The notes under the pieces: generated by a model
The model's input: only the letters and a program-made list of their open reading frames with translations
What the model was told of the DNA's origin: nothing
Database searches by the model: none
Shown here: positions 1 to 8,588 of the stretch, one piece after another
Layout of the letters: every line of letters starts with the position of its first letter
Position numbering within the stretch: position 1 is the first letter of the stretch
Origin: Acidimicrobiaceae bacterium
GTDB lineage: Bacteria > Actinomycetota > Acidimicrobiia > Acidimicrobiales > RAAP-2
DNA length: 64,000 bases
Direction of reading: 5' to 3'
Assembly: GCA_025350565.1 (NCBI GenBank)
Contig: JANXXO010000034.1
Location: 30,577 to 94,576 of the forward strand
Translations under genes and position numbers: made by a program

Positions 1-1077
1 TGGAAGTTGTCGAAGTTTGACAGCCTTGGCAACGTAACGTTGTCCCCGAACACCAAGTACAGCGGTCCTCAGCACGCCATGGTGGCCACGGTGAAGGAAG
101 TTGCCTTCACCTCCGCCCAGGCCGAAGAGAACGCGCTGCAGGCCGGCACAATTGACCTCGGCTTCGTGGACCCCTCCATTTTGACCTCGCCAGCTCCCAA
201 GCCGGGCGTTCCTGGTCCGAACTGGGGCCAGTTGTCAAGTCGGTACAACATTGTTTCGGGATCGGCGTGGAACTTTAACTACGCCCCGTTCAACTTCAGT
301 GCCGCCGACCCGAAGTCAGCCGCTATCTCGCAGCTGTACATTCGTCAAGCGCTCCAGGAGTCTGTCGACCAATCGGGCATCATCACCAACGTCGACAAAG
401 GTTACGGCTTCCCGATCTACAGCCCGCTGCCTCCGAACACGCCGGCAGCCGTCAGTGGCAACGTGGCCAACCCCTACCCCTTCAACTTGACCGCTGCCAA
501 GGCGCTGCTTACCTCGCACGGTTGGACTGAAACGGGTGGTGTGATGACCTGCACCGCGCCAGGAACCGGTACCAACCAGTGTGGCGCTGGCATCACGGCG
601 GGCTACACCCTCAACTTCAAGATCATCTGGGCGAGCGGATCACCGTCGCTCGACCAGACCTTCAACGCTGAGATCGCCGACTGGGCTTCGATTGGCATTG
701 TCTTCGCTCACTCCACGGACACGTTCAACAACGTGATCAGTGACTGCAGTGGTGGCGCTGGCTACGAGATCTGCTCATGGGGCGCTGGCTGGACGTACGC
801 GCCTGACTACTACCCTTCAGGCGAGACGCTGTTCACCCCTAAGGGTGGCTTCAACGTCGGATCGTACAGCGACACCCAGATGACGTCGCTGATCAATGCG
901 ACCACCTACGGCACCGCGAAGTTGACCCAGTTCGCTTCCTACGCCGCGGCGCAGTTGCCCGTGTTGTACCAGCCACAACAGGCCGGTGCGGGCGAAATCG
1001 TCAAGACGTTGAAGAGCAAGATTGGCTTTACGCCGAACCCGCTCGCCAACTTCATGCCGGAGTACCTGCACTACTAG
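1..1077 (+). CDS. Peptide/oligopeptide ABC transporter substrate-binding protein, 5' end outside window
   Basis: Frame is open from base 1. SBP family 5-like C-terminal half (IRQALQESVDQ, WGAGWTYAPDYYP) precedes two permease genes. Confidence 0.85.
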   Translation, partial: WKLSKFDSLGNVTLSPNTKYSGPQHAMVATVKEVAFTSAQAEENALQAGTIDLGFVDPSILTSPAPKPGVPGPNWGQLSSRYNIVSGSAWNFNYAPFNFSAADPKSAAISQLYIRQALQESVDQSGIITNVDKGYGFPIYSPLPPNTPAAVSGNVANPYPFNLTAAKALLTSHGWTETGGVMTCTAPGTGTNQCGAGITAGYTLNFKIIWASGSPSLDQTFNAEIADWASIGIVFAHSTDTFNNVISDCSGGAGYEICSWGAGWTYAPDYYPSGETLFTPKGGFNVGSYSDTQMTSLINATTYGTAKLTQFASYAAAQLPVLYQPQQAGAGEIVKTLKSKIGFTPNPLANFMPEYLHY

Positions 1078-1110
1078 AAACACCAGCATTCACCGCGATT
1101 CTTGGATCGC

Positions 1111-1144
1111 ACCACAAGACCCCCCGTTCGGGGGGTCTTGTGGT
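1111..1144 (+). terminator. Strong stem-loop after the SBP gene (terminator/attenuator or mRNA stabiliser)
   Basis: Perfect 15-bp stem ACCACAAGACCCCCC / GGGGGGTCTTGTGGT with GTTC loop, followed by TTT. Confidence 0.75.
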
Positions 1145-1207
1145 TTTGGTGCGCTAACGTGCGTGGGCGAATGAAGAAATCTCTGGGGCGGCGCTAGACT
1201 TCTCGCA

Positions 1208-2179
1208 ATGTTTACTTACATCATCCGACGACTGGGCCAGGCACTGCTCGTCCTGGTGATCGTGATGTTCGTGACCTTCTCGTTGCCGTATTTTCAAAAT
1301 CACGGTATCTACGGACCGGCCTTCGCCATTTTGGGCACCCACGCCAACCCCACCAACGTGGCCCACTTCGGGGCGCAGTACGGCTTCAACCACCCGTTCT
1401 TCGTACGCTTCTGGAACTACCTAGTTCAAGTCTTCTTCCACTTCAATCTGGGCCACTCGTACAAGCAAAACAACTCGGTGTGGGGAATCATCGCCCTCTA
1501 CGTGCCGCGCACCATCTGGCTCGCCCTCACGTCCCTCGTGCTCACCATCATCATCGCCATCCCCCTCGGGATGGTCCAAGCGACGAGGCGCAATACCGTC
1601 TTCGACTACGCGGCGACCGGCACCGCCTTCGTGCTCTACGCCGTGCCGACCTTTCTGCTGTGCCTGCTGGCCCTCGAGGCCTTTAGCTTCCGGTGGCCGC
1701 ACCTTCCCGCTTCACCCCCGGGAGGCGTCGCACCGTGGGCGATCTTCACCGACCCCTTGGGCTTCCTCTTACCGGTCGCCTGCTTGACCTTGGCCACCAT
1801 TGCCGGCCTGAGCCGATTCATGCGCGGCACGGTGCTCGAAGTGATGGTGCAGGACTACATCCGCTCGGCCAGGGCCAAGGGTTGCTCCAGTCGGCGCACG
1901 CTCTTTCGTCACGCCTTTCGCAACGCCCTCGGCCCGATCATCACCATTCTCGGCCTCTCCATACCGGCGCTGCTTGGTGGTGCCTTGATTGTCGAATCCG
2001 TCTTCAACTACGGCGGACTCGGCGTACAGACGGTCGCCGCGGCGAGCAGCCTCGACATCCCCATCATTCTCGGCATTACGCTTTTAGTGTCAATTCTCAC
2101 GTTGCTGGGTAACCTCATGGCCGACATCGCGCTCGGCCTCGTGAATCCCCGTATCCGTATTGAAGGAGCGTCGCGATGA
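1208..2179 (+). CDS. oppB: Peptide ABC transporter permease (OppB/DppB family)
   Basis: MFTYIIRRL start, multiple TM segments, EAA-loop motif DYIRSARAKG, NPRIR end. Confidence 0.9.
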   Translation: MFTYIIRRLGQALLVLVIVMFVTFSLPYFQNHGIYGPAFAILGTHANPTNVAHFGAQYGFNHPFFVRFWNYLVQVFFHFNLGHSYKQNNSVWGIIALYVPRTIWLALTSLVLTIIIAIPLGMVQATRRNTVFDYAATGTAFVLYAVPTFLLCLLALEAFSFRWPHLPASPPGGVAPWAIFTDPLGFLLPVACLTLATIAGLSRFMRGTVLEVMVQDYIRSARAKGCSSRRTLFRHAFRNALGPIITILGLSIPALLGGALIVESVFNYGGLGVQTVAAASSLDIPIILGITLLVSILTLLGNLMADIALGLVNPRIRIEGASR

Positions 2180-3120
2180 CCACATTCAAAGTTGGTGCGC
2201 CTGACACCATGGTTGACGTGCCATTTGATCCAGCCATGAGCTCGAAAGACGGACACGACGTCATCGTGCCGATGTGGAAGCAACGACTGAAGATATTTGC
2301 GCACAACAAACTGGCCGTCGCCTCGGTCATCTATCTCGTACTGATCACCGGAGCGTCGTTCCTCGTACCGTGGCTGCATCCGACCAACCAGACCAACCAA
2401 GCGTTGACCTTCGGTTCGGCGTGGAACGCTCCGCCCTCACTCACCCACCCCCTCGGTACCGACAGCTCGGGCTTCGACGAACTGGGTCGCATCTTTTACG
2501 GGGGCGAGTACTCGCTGACCCTCGGCTTCCTCGCCGGCTTCATCACCATCGTCATCGGTACTTTGTACGGCATGATTGCCGGTTTCGTCGGGGGCTTCAC
2601 CGACACGGTGATGATGCGTACCCTGGACGCCTTCCTTTCGATTCCCTACCTGTTCTTGCTCATCAGTCTCATCACGGTCTTCGGGCGCACGACGCTCTTT
2701 CTCATTCTCGTCATTGGCTTCACGCTCTGGTGGGGCAACGCGCGCATCATTCGAGGCGACGCGCTCCTCATCCGCAATTTGGAATACGCGCAAGCAGCTA
2801 CGTCGATGGGCGCCAGCAAGTGGCACATTATCCGTCGCCACGTCTTTCCCAACTCGATCAGCAACATCGTGACAGTGGCCACGTTCTCGGTGGCGGACGC
2901 CATCCTCTTCCTGTCGGCCCTGGGCTTCCTGGGTCTGGGCATTCAGGCACCGCAGACCGACTGGGGCACCATGCTCCAGGCGGGCGCCGGACAGTTGGCG
3001 AACGGCTTCTGGTGGGAGGTCTACCCACTGGCCATCGTCTTCATCCTGGTGGTCGTCTCGATCAACTACATTGGCGACGCCCTTCGCGACGCCTTTGAAG
3101 TCCGCCTCCTCGAGCGCTAA
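2176..3120 (+). CDS. oppC: Peptide ABC transporter permease (OppC/DppC family)
   Basis: HPLGTD, EYAQAATSMGAS..IIRRHVFPN and INYIGDALRDAF motifs; ATGA overlap with oppB. Confidence 0.9.
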   Translation: MTTFKVGAPDTMVDVPFDPAMSSKDGHDVIVPMWKQRLKIFAHNKLAVASVIYLVLITGASFLVPWLHPTNQTNQALTFGSAWNAPPSLTHPLGTDSSGFDELGRIFYGGEYSLTLGFLAGFITIVIGTLYGMIAGFVGGFTDTVMMRTLDAFLSIPYLFLLISLITVFGRTTLFLILVIGFTLWWGNARIIRGDALLIRNLEYAQAATSMGASKWHIIRRHVFPNSISNIVTVATFSVADAILFLSALGFLGLGIQAPQTDWGTMLQAGAGQLANGFWWEVYPLAIVFILVVVSINYIGDALRDAFEVRLLER

Positions 3121-3271
3121 AACAACCCGCCCGGCGTCATTGATGCCGTTACCTGGCGTCCACGAATGTCTTTACGTGCGACTGGCGAATGAGACGCGCA
3201 CATCATCGAAACCCCTCGACCCGCGAGTGTGGATACCACCTTTGACGCCGAGTGAGCGCCGAAGAAAAACG

Positions 3272-5302
3272 TCAGGAGTGCGAGGCGCGCGCACCAATCG
3301 AGACGGGAGCGATGAGCGGAAAGTGACAGGCGGCTTGGTGCGTGCCACCGAAGTTCTCGAACGGCGGCTCGACGTTGGCGCAGATGTCCTGCGCCTTCGG
3401 ACAACGAGTTCGAAACCGGCAGCCGGACGGTGGGTTAACGGCCGAGGGTAGTTCGCCGGTTACTTGGCGGCCACGTCGACTGCGCGCTTCGGCGGGGTTC
3501 GGTACGGGCACGGCGTCCAAGAGGCCCTGGGTATAGGGGTGCGCCGGCGAACGAAAGACCGATTCGGCGTCGCCGATCTCCACGATCTTGCCGAGGTACA
3601 TCACGGCGATGGTGTCGGCCATGTAATAAACGACGGCGAGGTCGTGACTGACAAAGATGTAGGAGAGATTGTGTTCGCGCTGCAGATCCTTCATCAAATT
3701 CAATATTTGGGCCTGAATCGAGACGTCCAGGGCCGAGACCGGTTCGTCCGCGACGATCAATCGCGGATTGAGCGCGAGCGCTCTGGCGAAACCAATGCGC
3801 TGTCGCTGGCCACCGGAGAACTCGTGCGGGTAACGGTCGGCCGCTGACGGCTCGAGGCCCACGGAGAGCAGTAAGGCACTCACCCGCTCGACCTGCTCGG
3901 ACTTCGAGCCCTCGCGCTGGACGAGGAGGGGTTCACCGAGAATCTGGGAGACCTTCATGCGCGGGTTGAGCGAGGAATAGGGGTCCTGGAACATCATCTG
4001 GCGCTGGCGGCGATCTTCACGCGACGGCTTGTGGTTCTTCGCCGAGACGACGTTGCCATCGAACGAGATGGTGCCCGCCGTGGGAAGCTCCAGGCCGACG
4101 ACCATTCGCCCGATCGTGGTTTTGCCGCAGCCCGACTCGCCCACGAGACCAAAAGTCTCGCCTTCGTTGATCGAGAATGAGACGTTGGACACCGCACTGA
4201 TGGCGCCCACCTTGTGGCGAACGAGCCCCGCTTTGATGGCGAACTCCTTCACGAGTCCCTCGACCTTCAAGATCTCCTTCGCCGGCGCCGTGGCGACGCG
4301 CGCGACGAAGTCGGGGCGAATGACGACCGGACGTGGACCATCCACCGGGTGGTAGCAGGCGTAGGCGCGGTCGCCCACGAAGGTGAGTGGCGGCTCCTGG
4401 GCGCGACACTGATCGGTCGCGAAGGCGCAGCGAGGCGCGAAACGGCACCCCACGATCTCTTTGGTGAGGTCGGGCGGCAGCCCGGCAATGGACGCCAGTT
4501 CGTGCTTGGTCGCGTTCTCGAGGTTGGGCATGGAGGCGAGCAGCGCCTGAGCGTAGGGGTGGTGCATGGAAGTGAACAGCTCGTCGGTGCTGGCCTCTTC
4601 GGCTTTCACGCCGCCGTACATCACGACGACGCGGTCACTGCGCCCGGCGATGACGCCCATGTCGTGAGTAATGAGGAGCACGCCCATGTTGAGTTCCGTG
4701 CGCAGATTGTCGATGATGTCGAGGATCTGCGCTTGAATCGTGACGTCGAGCGCCGTGGTCGGTTCGTCAGCGATGAGCAATTTGGGACGACAGACGAGAC
4801 CCATCGCGATGATGACGCGTTGGCGAAGACCGCCCGAGAGTTCGAAGGGATACTGATCTAGGCGTTCCGCCGGTCGCGGCATCTCCACCATCTCGAGGAC
4901 CTCGAGCGCCCGTTTGCGCGCTTCCTCTTCGGAGGCGCCTTCGTGAATGCGAACGCCTTCGCCAATCTGATTACCAATCTTCATGGTGGGATTGAGCGAG
5001 CTCATCGGGTCTTGAGGAATGAGGGCCACGGTGCGCCCGCGCTGCGACTGCATCTCCTTCTCGCTCAGGGTCGCGAGATCGACACCGTCCAAAACGATAT
5101 TTCCTGACGCGATGTGGCCATTGCCCGGCAGTAACCGCATAATCGCTAGACCGGTCGTGGTTTTCCCACATCCCGACTCACCAACCAGACCCACGCACTC
5201 CCCGGGGTTGATGCTTAACGAAAAGTCATCGACGGCGGTGGCAAAAGTCTTTCGAGTAGCGAACTGAACCTTCAGATTATTAACGGAGAGCAGCGAAGAC
5301 AT
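3272..5302 (-). CDS. Fused OppD-OppF dipeptide/oligopeptide ABC ATPase (two NBDs)
   Basis: Two Walker A motifs GESGCGKT, two LSGG/FSGG signatures, two C-terminal GCRF..RC..A Cys clusters. Confidence 0.92.
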   Translation of the reverse strand: MSSLLSVNNLKVQFATRKTFATAVDDFSLSINPGECVGLVGESGCGKTTTGLAIMRLLPGNGHIASGNIVLDGVDLATLSEKEMQSQRGRTVALIPQDPMSSLNPTMKIGNQIGEGVRIHEGASEEEARKRALEVLEMVEMPRPAERLDQYPFELSGGLRQRVIIAMGLVCRPKLLIADEPTTALDVTIQAQILDIIDNLRTELNMGVLLITHDMGVIAGRSDRVVVMYGGVKAEEASTDELFTSMHHPYAQALLASMPNLENATKHELASIAGLPPDLTKEIVGCRFAPRCAFATDQCRAQEPPLTFVGDRAYACYHPVDGPRPVVIRPDFVARVATAPAKEILKVEGLVKEFAIKAGLVRHKVGAISAVSNVSFSINEGETFGLVGESGCGKTTIGRMVVGLELPTAGTISFDGNVVSAKNHKPSREDRRQRQMMFQDPYSSLNPRMKVSQILGEPLLVQREGSKSEQVERVSALLLSVGLEPSAADRYPHEFSGGQRQRIGFARALALNPRLIVADEPVSALDVSIQAQILNLMKDLQREHNLSYIFVSHDLAVVYYMADTIAVMYLGKIVEIGDAESVFRSPAHPYTQGLLDAVPVPNPAEARSRRGRQVTGELPSAVNPPSGCRFRTRCPKAQDICANVEPPFENFGGTHQAACHFPLIAPVSIGARASHS

Positions 5303-5368
5303 AGTTGCTCCATCCTACTCCCACGCACCCAATTCACTTGGGCGCGGTCCCGCGGGGATCGCCTTCGA

Positions 5369-6052
5369 TCAGGCGATTTCTTGCGGGTCGAGGTCCGGCA
5401 ATTTCCAACTTTGACGGTGGTGCGAATTCGGACCTAAACGGCGCAAGGCCGCCATGTGGGATTTGGAGCCGTATCCCTTGTTGCTGGCCCAATCGAACGC
5501 TTCGAAGCCCCGATGGAGGTCGACCATATGACGATCGCGGTCGACCTTGGCGAGGACTGACGCGGCGGCGATGGAAGCGCACTTGCTATCGCCTTTGACA
5601 ATGGTCGTGACCGGAAGGAACTGGTAGCGAAGCTCGGGTGGCTGAGGCGAACCCAGGGCCACTTGCAGCGGGGCGCGTAACACGTTGAACGATCCGTCAA
5701 CGAGGGCGTACGAAGGGCGAAGGGTGAGACCGTCGAGCGCGCGCGTCGCCGCAACGGCCAGGGCGAGACGAAGTCCCCACCAGTCGATCTCTTGGGCGCT
5801 CACCGAGCCGAGCGACCAGTCGGCTGCCCACTGCTGGAGGGGTTGCTCCAGAGCTTCTCGTCGAGCGCGGCTGAGGAGTTTCGAGTCGGTCAACAGTGCC
5901 GGTGCGGGCGCGTCGCACGTCAGTACGACGGCGCCAACGGTCATTGGCCCAGCGACGGCTCCGCGACCAACCTCGTCAATGCCGACTACGACGTCGCCGC
6001 GCGCGAGCAACGGTCCTTCGACGTGGAAGAGATCGACGGCGTCACGAGTCAC
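5369..6052 (-). CDS. rnhB: Ribonuclease HII
   Basis: GIDEVGRGAVAGP, DSKLL, KGDSKCASIAAASVLAK and NKGYG motifs. Start placed at GTG 6052; the longer ORF is an antisense extension over cofC. Confidence 0.92.
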   Translation of the reverse strand: MTRDAVDLFHVEGPLLARGDVVVGIDEVGRGAVAGPMTVGAVVLTCDAPAPALLTDSKLLSRARREALEQPLQQWAADWSLGSVSAQEIDWWGLRLALAVAATRALDGLTLRPSYALVDGSFNVLRAPLQVALGSPQPPELRYQFLPVTTIVKGDSKCASIAAASVLAKVDRDRHMVDLHRGFEAFDWASNKGYGSKSHMAALRRLGPNSHHRQSWKLPDLDPQEIA

Positions 6053-6082
6053 GCCCCAAGGGTAGTGACGTACTCGCGCAGT

Positions 6083-6637
6083 ATGTTGACACGGGTGATC
6101 AACGATGCCTTCGTGGTACCGCTCAAGGCCTTCGAAGTCGCCAAGGGCCGACTTCGAGTCGCGGGCGATGACGACGTGACGAATCTCGCGCGCTCCCTGG
6201 CCCTCGCGGTGCTGCGGAGTTGCGCGCCGCGTCAGGTGATCGTGGTGAGTGAAAGCGACGTGATCACCAAGTTCGCCAAGGAGCAAGGCGCCCAAGTGTA
6301 CGAATCGGCCGCCACCTCGCTCAACGAAGCTGTGCAGGGCGCGTACGACGCACTCGCGCAATCCTACGAGCGCTTGATCATTGTCCACGGCGACTTGCGC
6401 AGTCCGGACGGCTTGGCGCTCTACGACCCACCACCGGGGGTCACCATCGTCGCCGATCACCACGGCAGCGGCACGAACGTCCTGGCCCTGCCGAGCGGTT
6501 TGGACTTCCACTTCGCCTACGGCGCGAACTCGGCGTTCCTGCACGGGGCCGAAGCCCGCCGGCTCGGACTCGACGTGCACGTGGTCACCGACAGTCCCTG
6601 GCGATTTGACGTCGACGAGCCGTCGGACCTTTTCTAG
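6083..6637 (+). CDS. cofC: 2-phospho-L-lactate/PEP guanylyltransferase (F420 biosynthesis)
   Basis: VVPLKAFEVAKGRL, VHGDL, D.HGSGTN and FDVDEPSDL motifs. Confidence 0.85.
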   Translation: MLTRVINDAFVVPLKAFEVAKGRLRVAGDDDVTNLARSLALAVLRSCAPRQVIVVSESDVITKFAKEQGAQVYESAATSLNEAVQGAYDALAQSYERLIIVHGDLRSPDGLALYDPPPGVTIVADHHGSGTNVLALPSGLDFHFAYGANSAFLHGAEARRLGLDVHVVTDSPWRFDVDEPSDLF

Positions 6638-6647
6638 TCGGAAAGCA

Positions 6648-6675
6648 TTCGAGGGGGGCCGTAGCCCCCCTCGAA
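6648..6675. terminator. Probable bidirectional terminator between convergent cofC and histone-like gene
   Basis: Perfect 12-bp stem TTCGAGGGGGGC / GCCCCCCTCGAA with CGTA loop. Confidence 0.7.
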
Positions 6676-6697
6676 CCAAAATCCCTGATGGGACTTA

Positions 6698-6976
6698 CTA
6701 CTTCTTAGCAGCAGCCTTCTTCGCAGGGCGCTTTGCCGCCTTCTTCGCAGCAGGACGCTTGGCGGCCTTCTTGGCTGCGGGACGCTTCTTAGCGGCGGCC
6801 TTCTTTGCGGGGGCCTTCTTCTTTGCAGCAGGACGCTTGGCGGCCTTCTTCGCTGCGGGACGCTTCTTAGCAGCAGCCTTCTTGGCTGGCGCCTTCTTCT
6901 TTGCTGCAGGACGCTTAGCGGCCTTCTTCGCTGGAGCCTTTTTCGCTACAGCCTTCTTCTTCGCGGCTGGTGCCAC
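6698..6976 (-). CDS. Histone H1-like Lys/Ala/Pro-rich basic protein (PAKK repeats)
   Basis: 92 aa, 35 Lys, no acidic residues. AGAGGG RBS before GTG. The 26-aa tandem repeat differs at synonymous positions in the DNA. Confidence 0.8.
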   Translation of the reverse strand: MAPAAKKKAVAKKAPAKKAAKRPAAKKKAPAKKAAAKKRPAAKKAAKRPAAKKKAPAKKAAAKKRPAAKKAAKRPAAKKAAKRPAKKAAAKK

Positions 6977-7147
6977 TTTCCCTCCTTGGGACTCAACGTT
7001 GAATCAATTTGGGACCTCAAGCACACCACCGTGGTGTTCTCGAAATCGGTACCGCATTGATAGACGTGTACTCGCTCATGTGTCATCCAACCTCACGGCT
7101 GTACGACGACTGATCGCAGTGCACGGTCCTACGCGGAAGAGCGCTTC

Positions 7148-7174
7148 GTGAAAACGTTGCAGGCAACGTTTCAC
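7148..7174. promoter_or_regulatory. Inverted repeat upstream of the VirD4-like gene (operator or oriT candidate)
   Basis: GTGAAAACGTTGC-AG-GCAACGTTTCAC, with perfect core AAACGTTGC/GCAACGTTT, in an AT-richer intergenic stretch. Confidence 0.4.
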
Positions 7175-7280
7175 TCATCATTCACCTCCTCCGCAGAAGG
7201 ACATCCAAAAGTTCACTCGTTTTGCACACCAATGTCAAGCATTTCGAGATTTTTCTGTTAGGAAAGTTTTGCGACGACCG

Positions 7281-8588
7281 ATGTTTGTCGTGCGCACCGA
7301 CGACGGAATTTATTTAGGACGCGGCGTGCACGGTGACGCGACGAGTGGTCGAGAGCGTTCGACACTCGTGTTGGGTCCGAGTCGCAGTGGAAAAACTTCG
7401 TCGATTATCATTCCGAATCTCCTGATGACAACGCGTTCTTGCGTCGTGACGTCGACGAAGAATGATGTCGTCGAAATGATGTCGCGCACGCGACGCGAAG
7501 GTGCAACATTGCTCTTTGATCCATCGGGGACTGTTGTGACTCCGACCGGAGTGCACCGAATTGGTTACTCACCAATTCGACAATCACTGTCCTGGGATGG
7601 CGCGGTGTTGGCGTCGCGAAGCCTCATCGACATCGCGCGACGTGGTCGCGGCGATCGCGGCGACGATCACTGGACGGAACGCGCGGGCGCGCTGGTCGCT
7701 CCGCTACTGCACGCGACGGCACTTCGGAACGAATCACTGGGCCAGTTGGCGTCACGCGTCGACGAACGACGCTGCGACGACATCGTACACGAATTGACCG
7801 AACGACACGGTGAACATCATCCGTCGGTCTCGCTCCTGCGCGGCGTCCTCGCCACCGACGATCGTGAACGCTCCTCCATATGGTCAACGACGTCGGGACT
7901 GTTCGCCGGGGTGCGCACCGAGGCCGCCCGAGCCTCCTCGCGCGAAGCGCCGCTCGACGTCGACGCCTTTTTGAGTGGCCCGCACCAGTTACACATTGTG
8001 GCGCCGAGCCGTCACCAAGCCGTCTCGATTCCACTCGTGGTGGGGCTGATCGAAGAGCTCGTCCACGCCACGTACGACCGGCACGAGCAGGGATCCCGTC
8101 TCCTCTTGGCGCTGGACGAACTGGCCAATGTGGCGCCCCTTCCACGTCTGGCCAGCATTATCTCCGAAGGCGGAGGTCAAGGGGTGCTCACCCTCGCCTG
8201 CCTGCAAGACCTCAGCCAGGCCCGAAGTCGCTGGGGGACGTCGGCCGATGGCTTCCTCTCCCTTTTCCCGACCACCGTCGTATTGCCGGGCATCGCAGAC
8301 CGTCCCACCTTGGAGATGCTGCGCCACCTCGCGGGGCGCACCAACGTGGCGACGCCCACGGTGCAGTTGGGCCGGCGCGGCCGCCAAGTCGGTCGGTCCC
8401 TCAGCTGGGTCGAACGTGACCGCGCCAGCATGAGCGATCTCGCCCAAGGTCGCCCGGGCCACGCCATTGGCCTCGACGCCAGCAAGCACATGAGGTGGCT
8501 CGAGCTGACCCCCGCGCACGCCCATCCAAGGTTCCTTCACTACCTCGACCGTTCGGACCCGTCGCGTGATCGGTCGCGCGAGCGCTGA
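7281..8588 (+). CDS. VirD4/TraD-like type IV coupling-protein ATPase lacking the N-terminal TM anchor
   Basis: Walker A GPSRSGKT, Walker B LLLALDELANV, CLQDLSQARSRWG motif of the TraG/VirD4 C-domain. Confidence 0.82.
   Translation: MFVVRTDDGIYLGRGVHGDATSGRERSTLVLGPSRSGKTSSIIIPNLLMTTRSCVVTSTKNDVVEMMSRTRREGATLLFDPSGTVVTPTGVHRIGYSPIRQSLSWDGAVLASRSLIDIARRGRGDRGDDHWTERAGALVAPLLHATALRNESLGQLASRVDERRCDDIVHELTERHGEHHPSVSLLRGVLATDDRERSSIWSTTSGLFAGVRTEAARASSREAPLDVDAFLSGPHQLHIVAPSRHQAVSIPLVVGLIEELVHATYDRHEQGSRLLLALDELANVAPLPRLASIISEGGGQGVLTLACLQDLSQARSRWGTSADGFLSLFPTTVVLPGIADRPTLEMLRHLAGRTNVATPTVQLGRRGRQVGRSLSWVERDRASMSDLAQGRPGHAIGLDASKHMRWLELTPAHAHPRFLHYLDRSDPSRDRSRER

Noticed and set aside
3180-3200. 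11-nt match (CTCATTCGCCA) to 52336-52346 on the opposite strand
   Set aside because: Too short to exceed chance in 64 kb.
6053-6679. N-terminal extension of the 436-aa rnhB ORF
   Set aside because: It overlaps cofC on the opposite strand; RNase HII motifs begin only near 6010.
6381-7151. 256-aa + strand ORF rich in AAFFAG repeats that looks like a membrane protein
   Set aside because: It is the antisense shadow of the Lys/Ala repeat gene, which has the RBS and the synonymous-variation signal.
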